From: Kiritimatiellia bacterium
GTDB lineage: Bacteria; Verrucomicrobiota; Kiritimatiellia; RFP12; UBA1067
Reading direction: 5' to 3'
DNA length: 64,000 bases
NCBI GenBank assembly: GCA_050949565.1
Contig: JBMNFY010000001.1
Span: 32,001 to 96,000, forward strand
Shown here: positions 38,582 through 49,400 of the stretch, piece after piece
How positions within the stretch are numbered: position 1 is the first letter of the stretch
How the letters are laid out: the number at the start of each line of letters is the position of its first letter
The notes under the pieces: model-generated
What the model was told of the DNA's origin: nothing
Databases searched by the model: none
Seen by the model: the letters and a program-made list of their open reading frames with translations, nothing else
Position numbers and translations under genes: made by a program

Positions 38582-41469
38582 TGCGGTTCATACGCGGGAT
38601 TACGGCTCTTGTCGGATGTGCGGTTTTCGTGACGGCTGGCGGAGACGCTTGGATGGCAGCGGCGCAAAATCTGCCGAAGGACACCCTGCAGGACCTTGGC
38701 GCGCCGCCCCCGCAACCGGGCGATGAAGCGTGGACCTTCATCGAGGACCTCAAGTTACCTTTGTGGGGCAACGGCCTAGGCTGGAGCCAGCGGGCGGTGG
38801 CGGCGGACGAGGCGGACCTGAGTCGCGGCGTGCGCGTCAACGCGACCTTCCCGGATGTCGAAGGGGTGCTCAAAACGGCCTATGCTGATCTGGCGGACTT
38901 CTGCGCGGCCGCGAAGCTGCCTGCTGACGGCCCGTATGTGATTGAAACGGCAAAGGCGCAGACCCCGGTTTTTGAGGCTTACCGGATCGAGGTCGCCGCA
39001 GACCGCTGCCGGATTTTGGCTGCTGACACGGAGGGCATCCGGCGCGGCATATTCAAGGTCGAGGATATGATGCGCGAGGCTGGCGGGCCATTCCTTAAAC
39101 TGGGGACGGTTGAGCGCAAGCCCTTCATCAAGTCCCGCATCTCCCGTTGTTTCTTCGGCCCGATCAAGCGTCCGCCGCGTTACCGCGATGAACTCATGGA
39201 CGATGTTGATTATTACCCCGACCAGTACCTCAATCGGCTTGCACACGAAGGGATCAACGGATTGTGGCTCACGATCACGTTTCAGGACCTGTGCAAGACG
39301 AGTGTGGCTCCAGAGTATGGGGAGCACGCCGAGCGTCGTCTGGCCAAGCTCCGCAAGACGGTTGAACAGTGTCGGCGCTACGGTATCCGCATTTACATTT
39401 TTTCGATTGAGCCAAAAGCCTGGGAAGCCGACTCGCCGATTGTCAAACGGCATCCGGAACTCGGGCGCGACCGTATCGGGAACACCCGGCCGTTCTGTCC
39501 ATGGTCTGATATCTCGGAGCGCTATCTCTATGAATCGACGCATTTCATCTTTTCGCAGGTTCCCAACTTGGGCGGACTGATCAACATCAGCCACGGCGAG
39601 CGCCGCACGAACTGCCAGAGCGTGATTCTTCCGACTAGTGACCGGCGTTCATCCTGTCCGGTCTGTTCAACGAAGGAGCCGTGGGAGAACATTTACGCGA
39701 CTCTGACGCCCATGGCCAAAGGCATGCACGATGCCAATCCCGACGCGCACTTCATCGCCTGGTTCTACATGCCGCAAGACGATCCGCCCGCCGATTGGGT
39801 TTATGAACTTCCCAAGCACTGCCCGGAGCATATCACGGTGCAGTTCAACTTCGAATCGGGCGTGACCAAGGATGTGTTCGGCCGCGGCCGCAGAGGTGCG
39901 GACTACTGGATATCTACGCCGGGGCCGAGTCGGCGGTACGAGCGGCTGGCATCATTCGCGAAAGAGGCGGGCACGCCGATGTCGGCTAAGATTCAGACCG
40001 GTTGCTCGCACGAGGTGGCCACGATCCCGTTTGTCCCGGTGCCCGGGATGCTCTACCGCAAGTTCAGCGCGATGCATGAACTGGACGTTTCTAATGTGAT
40101 GCTCTGCTGGTATTTCGGCAACTACCCCGGCATCATGAACCGTGCGGCGGGTGAGCTTTCATTTGAGCCGTTCCCGGAGACCGAGGCAGCGTTTATGAGC
40201 CGTTTGGTCGGGCCGGAGTGGGGACGGCATGCTGAAACGGTCGCGCGTGCCATGACGCTTTTCACCGAGGGGTACGGTCATTATCCGCTGGTCACTGAAT
40301 TTCAGTATTGGGGACCCATGCATGACGGCGTTGTCTGGCCGTTGTTACTGCGGCCCCGCGATGTGCCGCTCGCGCCGACATGGCAGATCGCCTGGCACAC
40401 GGGCCAGCATATCGGAACGCCGTTCGCGCCGAGCGGCGACCGGATCGGCGAGGCGCTAGGCCAGGTTTATACCTTGTCGGAGGCGATTGAAGAGTGCCGG
40501 GTCATGAGCGACCTATGGGATCAAGGCGTGGCGCTGCTTCGTTCGGTAGAGGCCGATCCCGGCCTGCTGCCCGAGCGGCGGCTGGATATTGGCGTGGCCC
40601 GGGCATTGGGGATTCAGTTCCGCAGCGGTCTGAACATTCTCCGGTTTTATGATCTGCGCGAACGCATGGTGAACGAGCCGCCGGAGAAGCAGTTGGTGAC
40701 CCTCAAGGAGATGCGGCGCATTGTGGAGGAGGAGCACAAAAGCGGTACGGAGTTGATCAGCCTGTGTGAACGCGATTCGCGTCTGGGATTCCACTCCGAG
40801 GCCGAGGGATACAAGTACTTCCCTGAAAAAATCCGCTGGCGCATGAACCAGTTGAAGAACGTGCTCGAAAAAGAGATTCCGGTGCTTGAACGCGAGATCA
40901 CCTCCGGCAAGGATGTGTTCGCGGTGTACGCCGGACGTACGCCAGCCGGTGTGTCGTTGCATTCGCGTTACTGCGGTGAGATCGGCGACCGGATTCGCGA
41001 ACTTTCCAAAAGTCTTCCTGAGGATACGGCTTGGCAAGTGTGCGAGAAACCCTCGCCCCGCACGACCGGCGCCAAAAACTTCCGCTGGACCGTCTGCCAC
41101 GACCGCGATGCCTTTTATGTGGTGTATGACGGTGCGGATAAATCGGATCGGATCATGTTGATGCTGGAGCCGCGCCGTCTCTGGACATGCCTCCGATATG
41201 ACATGTCCGGTTCGGGAGAGAAATTATCGCAACACTCACATAAGCACGATGTGTACGCGCGGGAGGGTGCCAACGGCTGGCAGGGATGGATGCGCTTGCC
41301 CTTTGTTTCGCTCGGCATGGATGCTGCGGCACCGGCCGCATTGCGGATCAACGTCCGGCATGTGTCAGGCGGCGGCGAACGTTCATGGATCGCACGCGAT
41401 CCGTGGCCCTACAGGCTCCGGTTGTGCAATGAAAACCCCGAGGATCTCGGCTGGCTGTTTTTCAAGTAG
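38578..41469 (+). CDS. large exported protein with GH20-domain-2-like N-terminus and putative TIM-barrel hydrolase
   Basis: EAYRIEV...ILAADTEGIRRG, LAHEGINGLW; ATGA overlap with the upstream gene. Confidence 0.6.
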   Translation: MMRFIRGITALVGCAVFVTAGGDAWMAAAQNLPKDTLQDLGAPPPQPGDEAWTFIEDLKLPLWGNGLGWSQRAVAADEADLSRGVRVNATFPDVEGVLKTAYADLADFCAAAKLPADGPYVIETAKAQTPVFEAYRIEVAADRCRILAADTEGIRRGIFKVEDMMREAGGPFLKLGTVERKPFIKSRISRCFFGPIKRPPRYRDELMDDVDYYPDQYLNRLAHEGINGLWLTITFQDLCKTSVAPEYGEHAERRLAKLRKTVEQCRRYGIRIYIFSIEPKAWEADSPIVKRHPELGRDRIGNTRPFCPWSDISERYLYESTHFIFSQVPNLGGLINISHGERRTNCQSVILPTSDRRSSCPVCSTKEPWENIYATLTPMAKGMHDANPDAHFIAWFYMPQDDPPADWVYELPKHCPEHITVQFNFESGVTKDVFGRGRRGADYWISTPGPSRRYERLASFAKEAGTPMSAKIQTGCSHEVATIPFVPVPGMLYRKFSAMHELDVSNVMLCWYFGNYPGIMNRAAGELSFEPFPETEAAFMSRLVGPEWGRHAETVARAMTLFTEGYGHYPLVTEFQYWGPMHDGVVWPLLLRPRDVPLAPTWQIAWHTGQHIGTPFAPSGDRIGEALGQVYTLSEAIEECRVMSDLWDQGVALLRSVEADPGLLPERRLDIGVARALGIQFRSGLNILRFYDLRERMVNEPPEKQLVTLKEMRRIVEEEHKSGTELISLCERDSRLGFHSEAEGYKYFPEKIRWRMNQLKNVLEKEIPVLEREITSGKDVFAVYAGRTPAGVSLHSRYCGEIGDRIRELSKSLPEDTAWQVCEKPSPRTTGAKNFRWTVCHDRDAFYVVYDGADKSDRIMLMLEPRRLWTCLRYDMSGSGEKLSQHSHKHDVYAREGANGWQGWMRLPFVSLGMDAAAPAALRINVRHVSGGGERSWIARDPWPYRLRLCNENPEDLGWLFFK

Positions 41470-41592
41470 GTGCGCACCGTTGCCTTAAACAGGCTTGAGA
41501 CGTACGGCAGGGTGTATTAAACTACTCGCCAAGTAAACCAGATCAGTCCGCGTGGAAAATGCGCGGACGCAACCATTTGAGGAGTTGGACAC

Positions 41593-41910
41593 ATGGGTAT
41601 GCTCGACCAGGTCAAGCAGGCGATGCAGATGCGTAAGGAAGCCAAGCGCATTCAGTCGGAAATTGAGAAGATCACCTTTGAATATGCTAACGGCGGCATC
41701 ACTTGCGTGGCGCGCGGCGATTTCACGATCGTATCGATCAAGGTGACACCGGAGGCGCTGCAGGAGGTCATTGCCGGCAAGCCGGAACGTTTCGAGACGA
41801 TGCTCAATAACGTGGTCAACGGCGCTCTCAAAGGGGTCAAGAAGCAGACGCAGGAAGCCATGGCCAAGATGATGCAGGGATCGGGCATGGGCGACATGTT
41901 CGGAGGCTGA
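41593..41910 (+). CDS. ybaB: YbaB/EbfC nucleoid-associated protein
   Basis: 105 aa, KQAMQM...GGITCVARGD..IVSIKV.PE; directly upstream of recR. Confidence 0.9.
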   Translation: MGMLDQVKQAMQMRKEAKRIQSEIEKITFEYANGGITCVARGDFTIVSIKVTPEALQEVIAGKPERFETMLNNVVNGALKGVKKQTQEAMAKMMQGSGMGDMFGG

Positions 41911-41917
41911 AACCGTC

Positions 41918-42517
41918 ATGGTCCCGCCGGTCGACAATCTGATCCGCGCACTGTCCAAACTTCCCGGACTGGGACGGCGGTCAGCGGAGCGCGCCGCGTT
42001 GGCTTTGCTGCGCAAACCCGAGCTGTTGCTGGACACTCTGGTGGCGGCTTTGCAGGAGGCGCGTGCCACGGTTTGTTGCTGTACGGTCTGCGGCGGGTTT
42101 ACAGCGCGTGAGCAGAATCCGTGCGGCCTCTGTGCCGATACTTCGCGCGACGGCACGTTGCTGTGCGTAGTGGAGGAACCCTCCGATATCTTTGCTATCG
42201 AGCGTTCCGGCGGCTATCGTGGGCGGTACCACGCGCTGATGGGTAAGCTCTCTCCCGCGCGGCAGACCGGTCCCGCCGACCTGCGTTTGCGTGCGCTCGT
42301 CGAACGCGTTGAGCGCGGTGGCGTGAAGGAAGTGCTGCTGGCTCTGAGCACTGATATGGAAGGCGACGCCACGGCGGGCTACATCAGTGAGCTGCTCGGA
42401 CCGCTGGGTGTGCGTGTGACGCGCCTCGCCTTTGGATTGCCCGCAGACAGCGGCGTGGGCTATTCCGATCCGCTGACGCTCAAGCGAGCCATCAGCGGCC
42501 GCATCGCGTGTAGCTGA
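41918..42517 (+). CDS. recR: recombination mediator RecR
   Basis: LPGLGRRSAER, C4 zinc finger, LCVVEE, EGDATA, VTRLAFGLP. Confidence 0.96.
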   Translation: MVPPVDNLIRALSKLPGLGRRSAERAALALLRKPELLLDTLVAALQEARATVCCCTVCGGFTAREQNPCGLCADTSRDGTLLCVVEEPSDIFAIERSGGYRGRYHALMGKLSPARQTGPADLRLRALVERVERGGVKEVLLALSTDMEGDATAGYISELLGPLGVRVTRLAFGLPADSGVGYSDPLTLKRAISGRIACS

Positions 42518-42678
42518 CGGCCAGCAACTTATTTAACGCAGAGACGCAGAGACGCAGAGGTTTTTTGAGGGGCGCTGCGGAGCGTGGCAACGTGCTCTAG
42601 ACAAACTAACGCGGGCGAAGCCCGCAACCCAATCATGTAAATCATGTAATCATGTCAAAAAATGGAATCGGGAGTCAC

Positions 42679-43413
42679 ATGGAATCGGATAGAGCGATAT
42701 CTGATACTTTGATGGACGTGCAGGCGCGCATCGCGGCGGCCTGTGCCAAGGCGGGCCGCAAGCCGGATGAGGTCGAGATCATCGGTGTCACCAAGACGCA
42801 CGGACCGGATGTGGTGCGTGAGGCGTGGGAGGCGGGCATCAGGCTTTTCGGCGAAAACAAGGTACAGGAGGCAGCTTGGAAGATCCCGGAGAGCATCAGT
42901 GGCCCGTCATGGCATCTGATCGGTCATCTGCAGCGCAACAAGGTGCGCCCCGCCTTGGAACTTTTTTCCGTCATCCACTCTGTGGATTCTGTGCCGCTGC
43001 TCGAACGACTTGAACGGATCGCCGACGAGTGTGGTCACCGTCCCGAGATTCTGCTGGAGGTCAATGTCTCGGGCGAATCGAGCAAGGAGGGGCTTAAGCC
43101 CGAACAGGTGCCCGAGGCGATCGAGTATGCGTTGCAATGCCGTTCGCTCACGCTGACCGGGTTGATGACAATGGCACCGTTCTGTCCCGATCCTGAGTTG
43201 GCGCGTCCGGTCTTCGCGCAGTTGCGCACATATCGCGACCGCTGGGAGCAGGAGTTCGCGATCGGCTTGCCGAATCTGTCGATGGGCATGAGCAACGATT
43301 ATGAGGTGGCGGTGGAAGAGGGCGCCACCTGGGTGCGGCTCGGCACCGTGCTCTTCGGCCACCGTCCTGCATGGCGCCCGCAACGCGAAGACACGGAGCG
43401 TTGGGAGCCGTGA
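42679..43413 (+). CDS. yggS: YggS/PLPBP pyridoxal-phosphate homeostasis protein
   Basis: GVTKT, FGENKVQE, WHLIGHLQRNK, GLMTM, LSMGMSND, VRLGT. Confidence 0.95.
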   Translation: MESDRAISDTLMDVQARIAAACAKAGRKPDEVEIIGVTKTHGPDVVREAWEAGIRLFGENKVQEAAWKIPESISGPSWHLIGHLQRNKVRPALELFSVIHSVDSVPLLERLERIADECGHRPEILLEVNVSGESSKEGLKPEQVPEAIEYALQCRSLTLTGLMTMAPFCPDPELARPVFAQLRTYRDRWEQEFAIGLPNLSMGMSNDYEVAVEEGATWVRLGTVLFGHRPAWRPQREDTERWEP

Positions 43414-43416
43414 CAG

Positions 43417-46400
43417 TCACCGCAGGGTAATGACCGATTCGGTGCCGCGCAACACGCGTAGGACGCCGGTGCCGGAAAAGCGGAGGGTGTCGATCACTTG
43501 TGCGCCGCTTGCGGCATCCGCGCTGTAGGTGCCGCGCCGCATCAAGGTGTTGCCGATGCGCAGTGTGCGCACGGTTTCTGTAACACCGGTATCGAGGTAG
43601 AGCTTGGCACCGCTGGCCGCAAGGGCCAGGTCGGCATCGTCCGAGATGCTGTCGCCACTGCCAAGCCGCAGGGTGCCGCCCGCGACCGTCACACGCGTGC
43701 TCTGGCCCAGACTGGCGGTTGCGTGGAGCCGCAAGGTGCCGGCCTGCACCGTGACGGCACCGGTGGCGGTCGTGTTGGTGCCTAGCAGGTAGAGTGTTCC
43801 AGCACCGGCCTTGACGAGGCTGACCGCTCCGCTGAAGCTCGCATCACAATAATAGGTGCTGCTGACCTGGTTAACCGTCAGCGTGGCGGGCGTCGCGCTG
43901 GTCACGGTACGGTTACCGGATGTGGTTAGTCCTCGTTTGAGTTGCGCGACCGTTTGATCGTTACCGTTCAGGTCCAGCGTGGCATCCAGATTGTAGGTTG
44001 CACCCATCGCGACAATACTGTTGGCAGGCAAGACGTTGGGAGCATCAAGCCGCACCGTCGCCCCGCCGATCTCCAGCGTGCTCCAGGTGTTACCTGTCAC
44101 GGCGATGGCGACGATGCCAGCACCGTGGGCACAGAGCTTCCGCGATCCCAAAAGTTGCGGTTGCTCCGCGAGCGCCACGCAGGCACCCAACTCGGGCGAG
44201 AGGACCAGATCGTAACTCGGAGAGACGGGCACTGTGAATAGGAACGAGCCGTCTTCTCGGGCACAGATGCGCACGGGGCCACTTTGCGTGATAGGGCCGC
44301 ACCAGCGGTTGGTGCCGCTGACACCGCAGAGCGTGCTTTCGGGATCTTCAAGGATCACGGGTTCCGCAACCGTGGTGTTTCCGCCCACTTCAAGGCACCC
44401 GCCGGCTTGAACGCGGGTTGGCGTGTCGGCGCTACCCAACCCGTACATGTGCGCAACACGCAACACGCTGTTCGATCGCACGATGATCTCGCCGCCATAG
44501 GCACGGTTGTCGCCGGCCAATGACAGCGTACCGATACCTTCTTTTTCGAGTGGCAGATTGGCACCGCCGTCGGAGAGCGTGCCCGTGACGACAATCATAG
44601 TCTGCGCTGCTCCCGCATTGGTCACACACCAGAGTTGGGGCACGGCCATCACGAGCGGTGCCTCGATCGTGTAGGTGTAGGGGAGATTGCCGGGCAGTGC
44701 GGCGCAGAGGCCATCCGTGCCGAGCATCAACGTGCCGCCGCCGGGGGCGATCGTGAAGTCGGCGGTGCGGTTGAGCAGGATGCCGCGGAAGTGGACGTTG
44801 GTGTTCACGACCGCGAGATGACCGCCGACGCCGAAAGCCAATCGGCGCGAACCGTCGTACAATTCCGGCAGATCGTCGTAATCCCAGTTGAACGGCGCGT
44901 TGATATCCGGGGTGGAAGCGCCGCCATCCCAGGCTGTGCTGTTGCCGAACGGAACCAATACCATGCCGGAGCCCGAGAAGTGCGTATCGTCTTTGTTGTC
45001 GGCCGGGCTGCTCGAAGAACCCCAGGTGCCCTGCCATTTGCGTCCGCCGTCCAGAACCAACTCGCCGACAGTTTCGACGCTGTCGGCCGGGAGTTGGAGT
45101 TTGCCGGGCGCACTGATGCTGAGGCGGGCTGTGTCGGCGATGACCGGCGTGGCGTAGAAGCGCAGTGTGCCGTTGCTGATGGTAAAGTCGCCGCTGGTTC
45201 CATGGCCGGCGGCGGTCAGGCCATAGGTACCGCTACCGGTTTTCGTCACGTTGACCGCGCCGTTGAAGACGCCGTCGAAATACATCGTGGAACCGCTGTG
45301 GTCGACCGTCAACGTGGCGGGCGTCGCGCTGGTCACGATACGGTTGCCCGGCGTGGTCAGGCCGCGTTTGAGTTGGGCGACCGTTTGGTCAAATCCGTTC
45401 AGGTCGAGGACGGCATCGAGGGCACCAGTCCTGCCCATTGCGACAACCGATCTAGGCGGAAGGGCGTTGGGGGCATCCGTGCGCACGGTGGTGCTGGCGA
45501 TCTCCAACGTGCCCCAAAGATTGTCGGATGCACCAAAGGCGACGGTGCCGCCGCCTTGCGCGATGATCTTGGATGAGGCACCGGCGGTGAGCGGAGCACC
45601 GGAGATGGCAATCTCCGCGTTGGGATCAGGCACGAGTGTGAGGCCGGACGGGGCTGTCACGCCGCCCGTGAAGGTCAGGCTGCTCGTATTGAGTGCACGC
45701 AGCGGGGATGCTGCCGAGGAGGTGACCGGTCCGCTCCATGTGTTTGTGCCGACAAGGGCGCGTACCGCGCCGTCCGGAGCATTGTTGGCAAGCGTCAGCG
45801 GTTCGGGCACGGCAAGGTCTCCGTCGAGTTCGATCCACGCGGGACCTTCCACCAGCGTGCCGCCTGTTGCGCTGCCGAAGGCATTGCTATGCCGCACCAA
45901 CACGGTACCGTCCGTGATACGCGTTGTGCCGCCGTACGTATTATCGCCAGCAAGGATCAGGTGTCCGTCACCGGCCTTGGTGAAACCAAAGGGTGTGTCG
46001 CCGTCTTGGACCGGTCCGCTGACGAGCAGGGTAGTGAGCCCTGCGCCGTTATTGGTCACGCCCCAAGTCTGGTCGGCCTCGAGTGTGATGTCGGCGGCAA
46101 CGGTGTAGAGGAGCGGCGTGTCGGTGTTCGGGTTGGCCGCTCGGATGCCGCCACCGCCGAGGATTAGTGAACCGCCACCGTCGATCAGCGTGAAAGGGTC
46201 ACGGCTGTGCAGGCTGATGCCGCTGACGCGCGCCTCGACGTTGACCTGCGCCACAGTGCCGCTGGAGGCGAAGTTCAGCGGCATGGTGCCGTCGAATGGC
46301 GGTGTCTGATCGAGATCCCAGTTCAGCCTCCACGAGAGATGCGGAACCAAACCTTCGGCATCCCAGACGGTACCCCAGGCTTCGAAGGTGCCGGGCGTCT

Positions 46401-49400
46401 CGAGTGTGGCGACCGACGACCAGGCGGACGGCCCGGCGGCGTTCACGGTGCGCACACGGTAGGCGTAGAGCGTGTTCGGCTGCGTGGTGTCGTCGGTGAT
46501 ATGGGTGGTGTCCGGCGGTAACGTTTGGAATGGCATGAAGTCGCCGCCGTTTACACTGCGCTCCAACACGTAGCCGGTTTCGTTGGTGGCGACGTCGGTC
46601 CAGTCCAACTGGATGCTGAAGAGGCGGCCCGGCGTGGCGGTGAAAAACGCTGGACGTAGCGGGGCTGAGTTGACGCAGGCAAATTCGAGCGTGGGCGGGG
46701 TGAGTGTCGCATGCTCGCGCGACGCCCAGTCGGTGGTGGCGCCGAGGTATTGATACAGCGCGATGGTGACGCGGTTGTCAGCGCCGCGGTTGTTGAAGAG
46801 CGTGGCGGCATCCAGCGGCATCCGGAGGATTTCACCGACAATGGGCAACCGTTCTTCGTATAGACCGCCGAGGCTGTGCGTGGTTCCGGTGAATCCGTAG
46901 GAGGCCGTGGCGTTCTGTGGGGCATTATTCCATGTGAGGGTCGTCTCGTCCCATGAGTCAGAGGAGTCGGCGAGTAGCACGGCGTCGATGTCAAAGTACC
47001 CGCTCTGCTCAAACAGCCGCGCCTCGACAAAGGTCATGGCCAATTGGGCGCTGACCGGGGTGGGAAGATCCGTGAGGTCGAAACGCAGATAGCTCTTGCA
47101 GGCGTTGCTGAGTACGGACCAGGAGTTGCCGTCGTAGTGGTAGAACCCGGCAACCGAGACAACATCGCCGGTGCCGAGCGGGACCGATGCTAAGTCACGC
47201 TGCACGGTTGCATCGGCACCGCCTGTATCGGCGGTGGTGACGGTGAGCAGGAGATAGGGCGGTGGCGTGGTGACGGTGACCGGTTCGCAAAATTCACTGC
47301 TGGCGGCGCTGTTGTAGGCGCGCACGCGGTAGGCCAGGGCGGTGTCCGCGCTGAGACCGGTGTCGGTATAAGTCTGGGTTGAGCCGTCAGTCGTCGCGAT
47401 GTCAGCGAGTTGGACAAAGGCCTCGCCTTCCATTCGCCGTTCGATCACATAGCCTGAAGCGCCGGACACACTCGCCCACGTCAGCGTGACGGCAGTCGGT
47501 GTGGGGGCGTTGGCGACTAAGTTGGTGGGAACTGCCGGCAGGGGCGGATCCGCAAATGTGACCGTAGAAGCGGAAGCAAGGTGGAAGTCATTCCTGTTGG
47601 ATGCAAGGTGGAATATGCCCCACAACGCGGTGTCGGGCATGCCACCGAGCGTGGCCGCGCCGAGCACAGTCCAGTCGGTGCCGTCTTTCGAGGCTTCAGC
47701 CGTGAAGCGCGGGCCGATACGGGTGAGCCGTAGCCAGCAGTCCAAATAGAGGCCGTTTGCGCTGCTGGGTATGGCGGATGCACTGCCGCCTGTTGTAGCG
47801 CGGTAGGCGAGCTTGCTGCCGAATACGGCAGTGGTGCCAGCCACTGCCGCCGCGCTGATGGCATTGTTGGCGGTCGAGGCGCGGATCATGACACAGACGC
47901 GGGCGCTGGAGTCGTGCGGAATGCCGGTTGGAAAATAGGCCGTGAGGCTGCCGTCGCCGCTGCGGCTCTGGTAGATGAAGCGTCCGTTGTCGGTGGAACC
48001 GGATGTGATGCCCGACCCGCCGATGAGGGTGCTGCTGAGGATGCCGTCGATCAGCACAGCCGGAGAGGAGTCCGTGACGCTGCCGACGATGGCTTGACTC
48101 CACGGCGCGCCGAGTGTGGCGGTCGGGTCTTCGATCAGGATCGAGGCCTTCCTATTCGCGGTCAGGCCGGTGCCGGCGGAGTTGCCGCTCAGCGCAAGCG
48201 TGAACTGGCGCGCGGGCTGGGGCGTGCCGGTATTGACGATGGGCACGGTGATGGACTTGGCGCCGACCGTGCCGTCCGGCCATGCGAGTGTGCCGTTGAC
48301 AGGTTGATAGTGGATACCGGCTTCGGCGGAGGTATTGGCGGTGGCATAGTTCACCGAACAAGGGCCGTTGACTCCGCCGAAACGCTCGGCGTCGAGCACG
48401 ACGTTGCCGGCGGTTTTGCTGACCTTCAGGCGGGTGCTGGGCAGGGTGAAATGTCCAGCAATCGCGACGAACGAGGCTTCAGTGGAGGCGGGCGAGTCAC
48501 CAGCGGTGTTTGTGGCAACCACGCGATAGGCGTAGGAGCTGCCGTGTGTGAAAGGACCGGGGTCGAGGTATGTGGTGGTGTCGGCGGCGACCGTCGCGAG
48601 CAGGCTGAAGGTGTCGGCAGCATCAACGCGGCGTTCAATGCGGAATCCGGTTTCGTTTGCGGCGGTGTCGCTCCATGTGAGCGTCGCCTGCACGGCGTTG
48701 CTGGGCATGACGGTCAGACCGGTGGGATTGGAGGGGATAGCGCTGGAGGCGGCGCGTGCGGTCAGGGTCAGCGCGGAGCCGACACTGAGGTTGTAGTAGG
48801 AACCACCGGGGGCGGACTCAAGCTTTAGCGTGCGCACGAGGTAGGTATAGGTCTCGTCAGCGGTCACGGTTGAATCGGTGTAGGTGGTGACCGTCAAAGG
48901 GTCTTCAGTCAATTGGGTAAAGGGGCCGGCAGGCGTGGGCGCGCGGTAGACGTGGTAGCCTTGCAGGGCGGGCTCGGACGAGGCGTTCCATGCGAGGGTG
49001 ACCTGCGAGTTGGCGCTGGTGGCGTGCAGGTGGCGCGGCGGCTCCACTGCATGCAGGCGCAGAGCGGGGTCGCCCATCAAACCGCAGTGTACGCCGGCGT
49101 AGGCGTTGGGTTGGTAGCGGACACTCCAGAAGTTAGCGTTATGCGAGACAAGAGTCGCGAAGCCGACGGTCTCGCCCATACCGAGGTGGTGCATGAAGCG
49201 ATTGGGGCGGCCACCCCAGAAGCAGGTCAGGCCGAGCGAATCGCCGGTGGCGTTGCCTGCCAGCGGCGCACGCAGCAACACGTTGTCGGCATCCCAGTCG
49301 CCGAAGTAACTGCCGAAAAGGCTGGTGAAGACCGCGCGGCTAGGATACAGACCGAAATCAGTCGTCGTGCCGATCGTACTGGCGCTTTCATAGCTGCCGC

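Noticed and set aside
41470-41592. SRP RNA or other ncRNA upstream of ybaB-recR
   Set aside because: Only a short hairpin (gtccgcg...cgcggac); the SRP core motif is absent.
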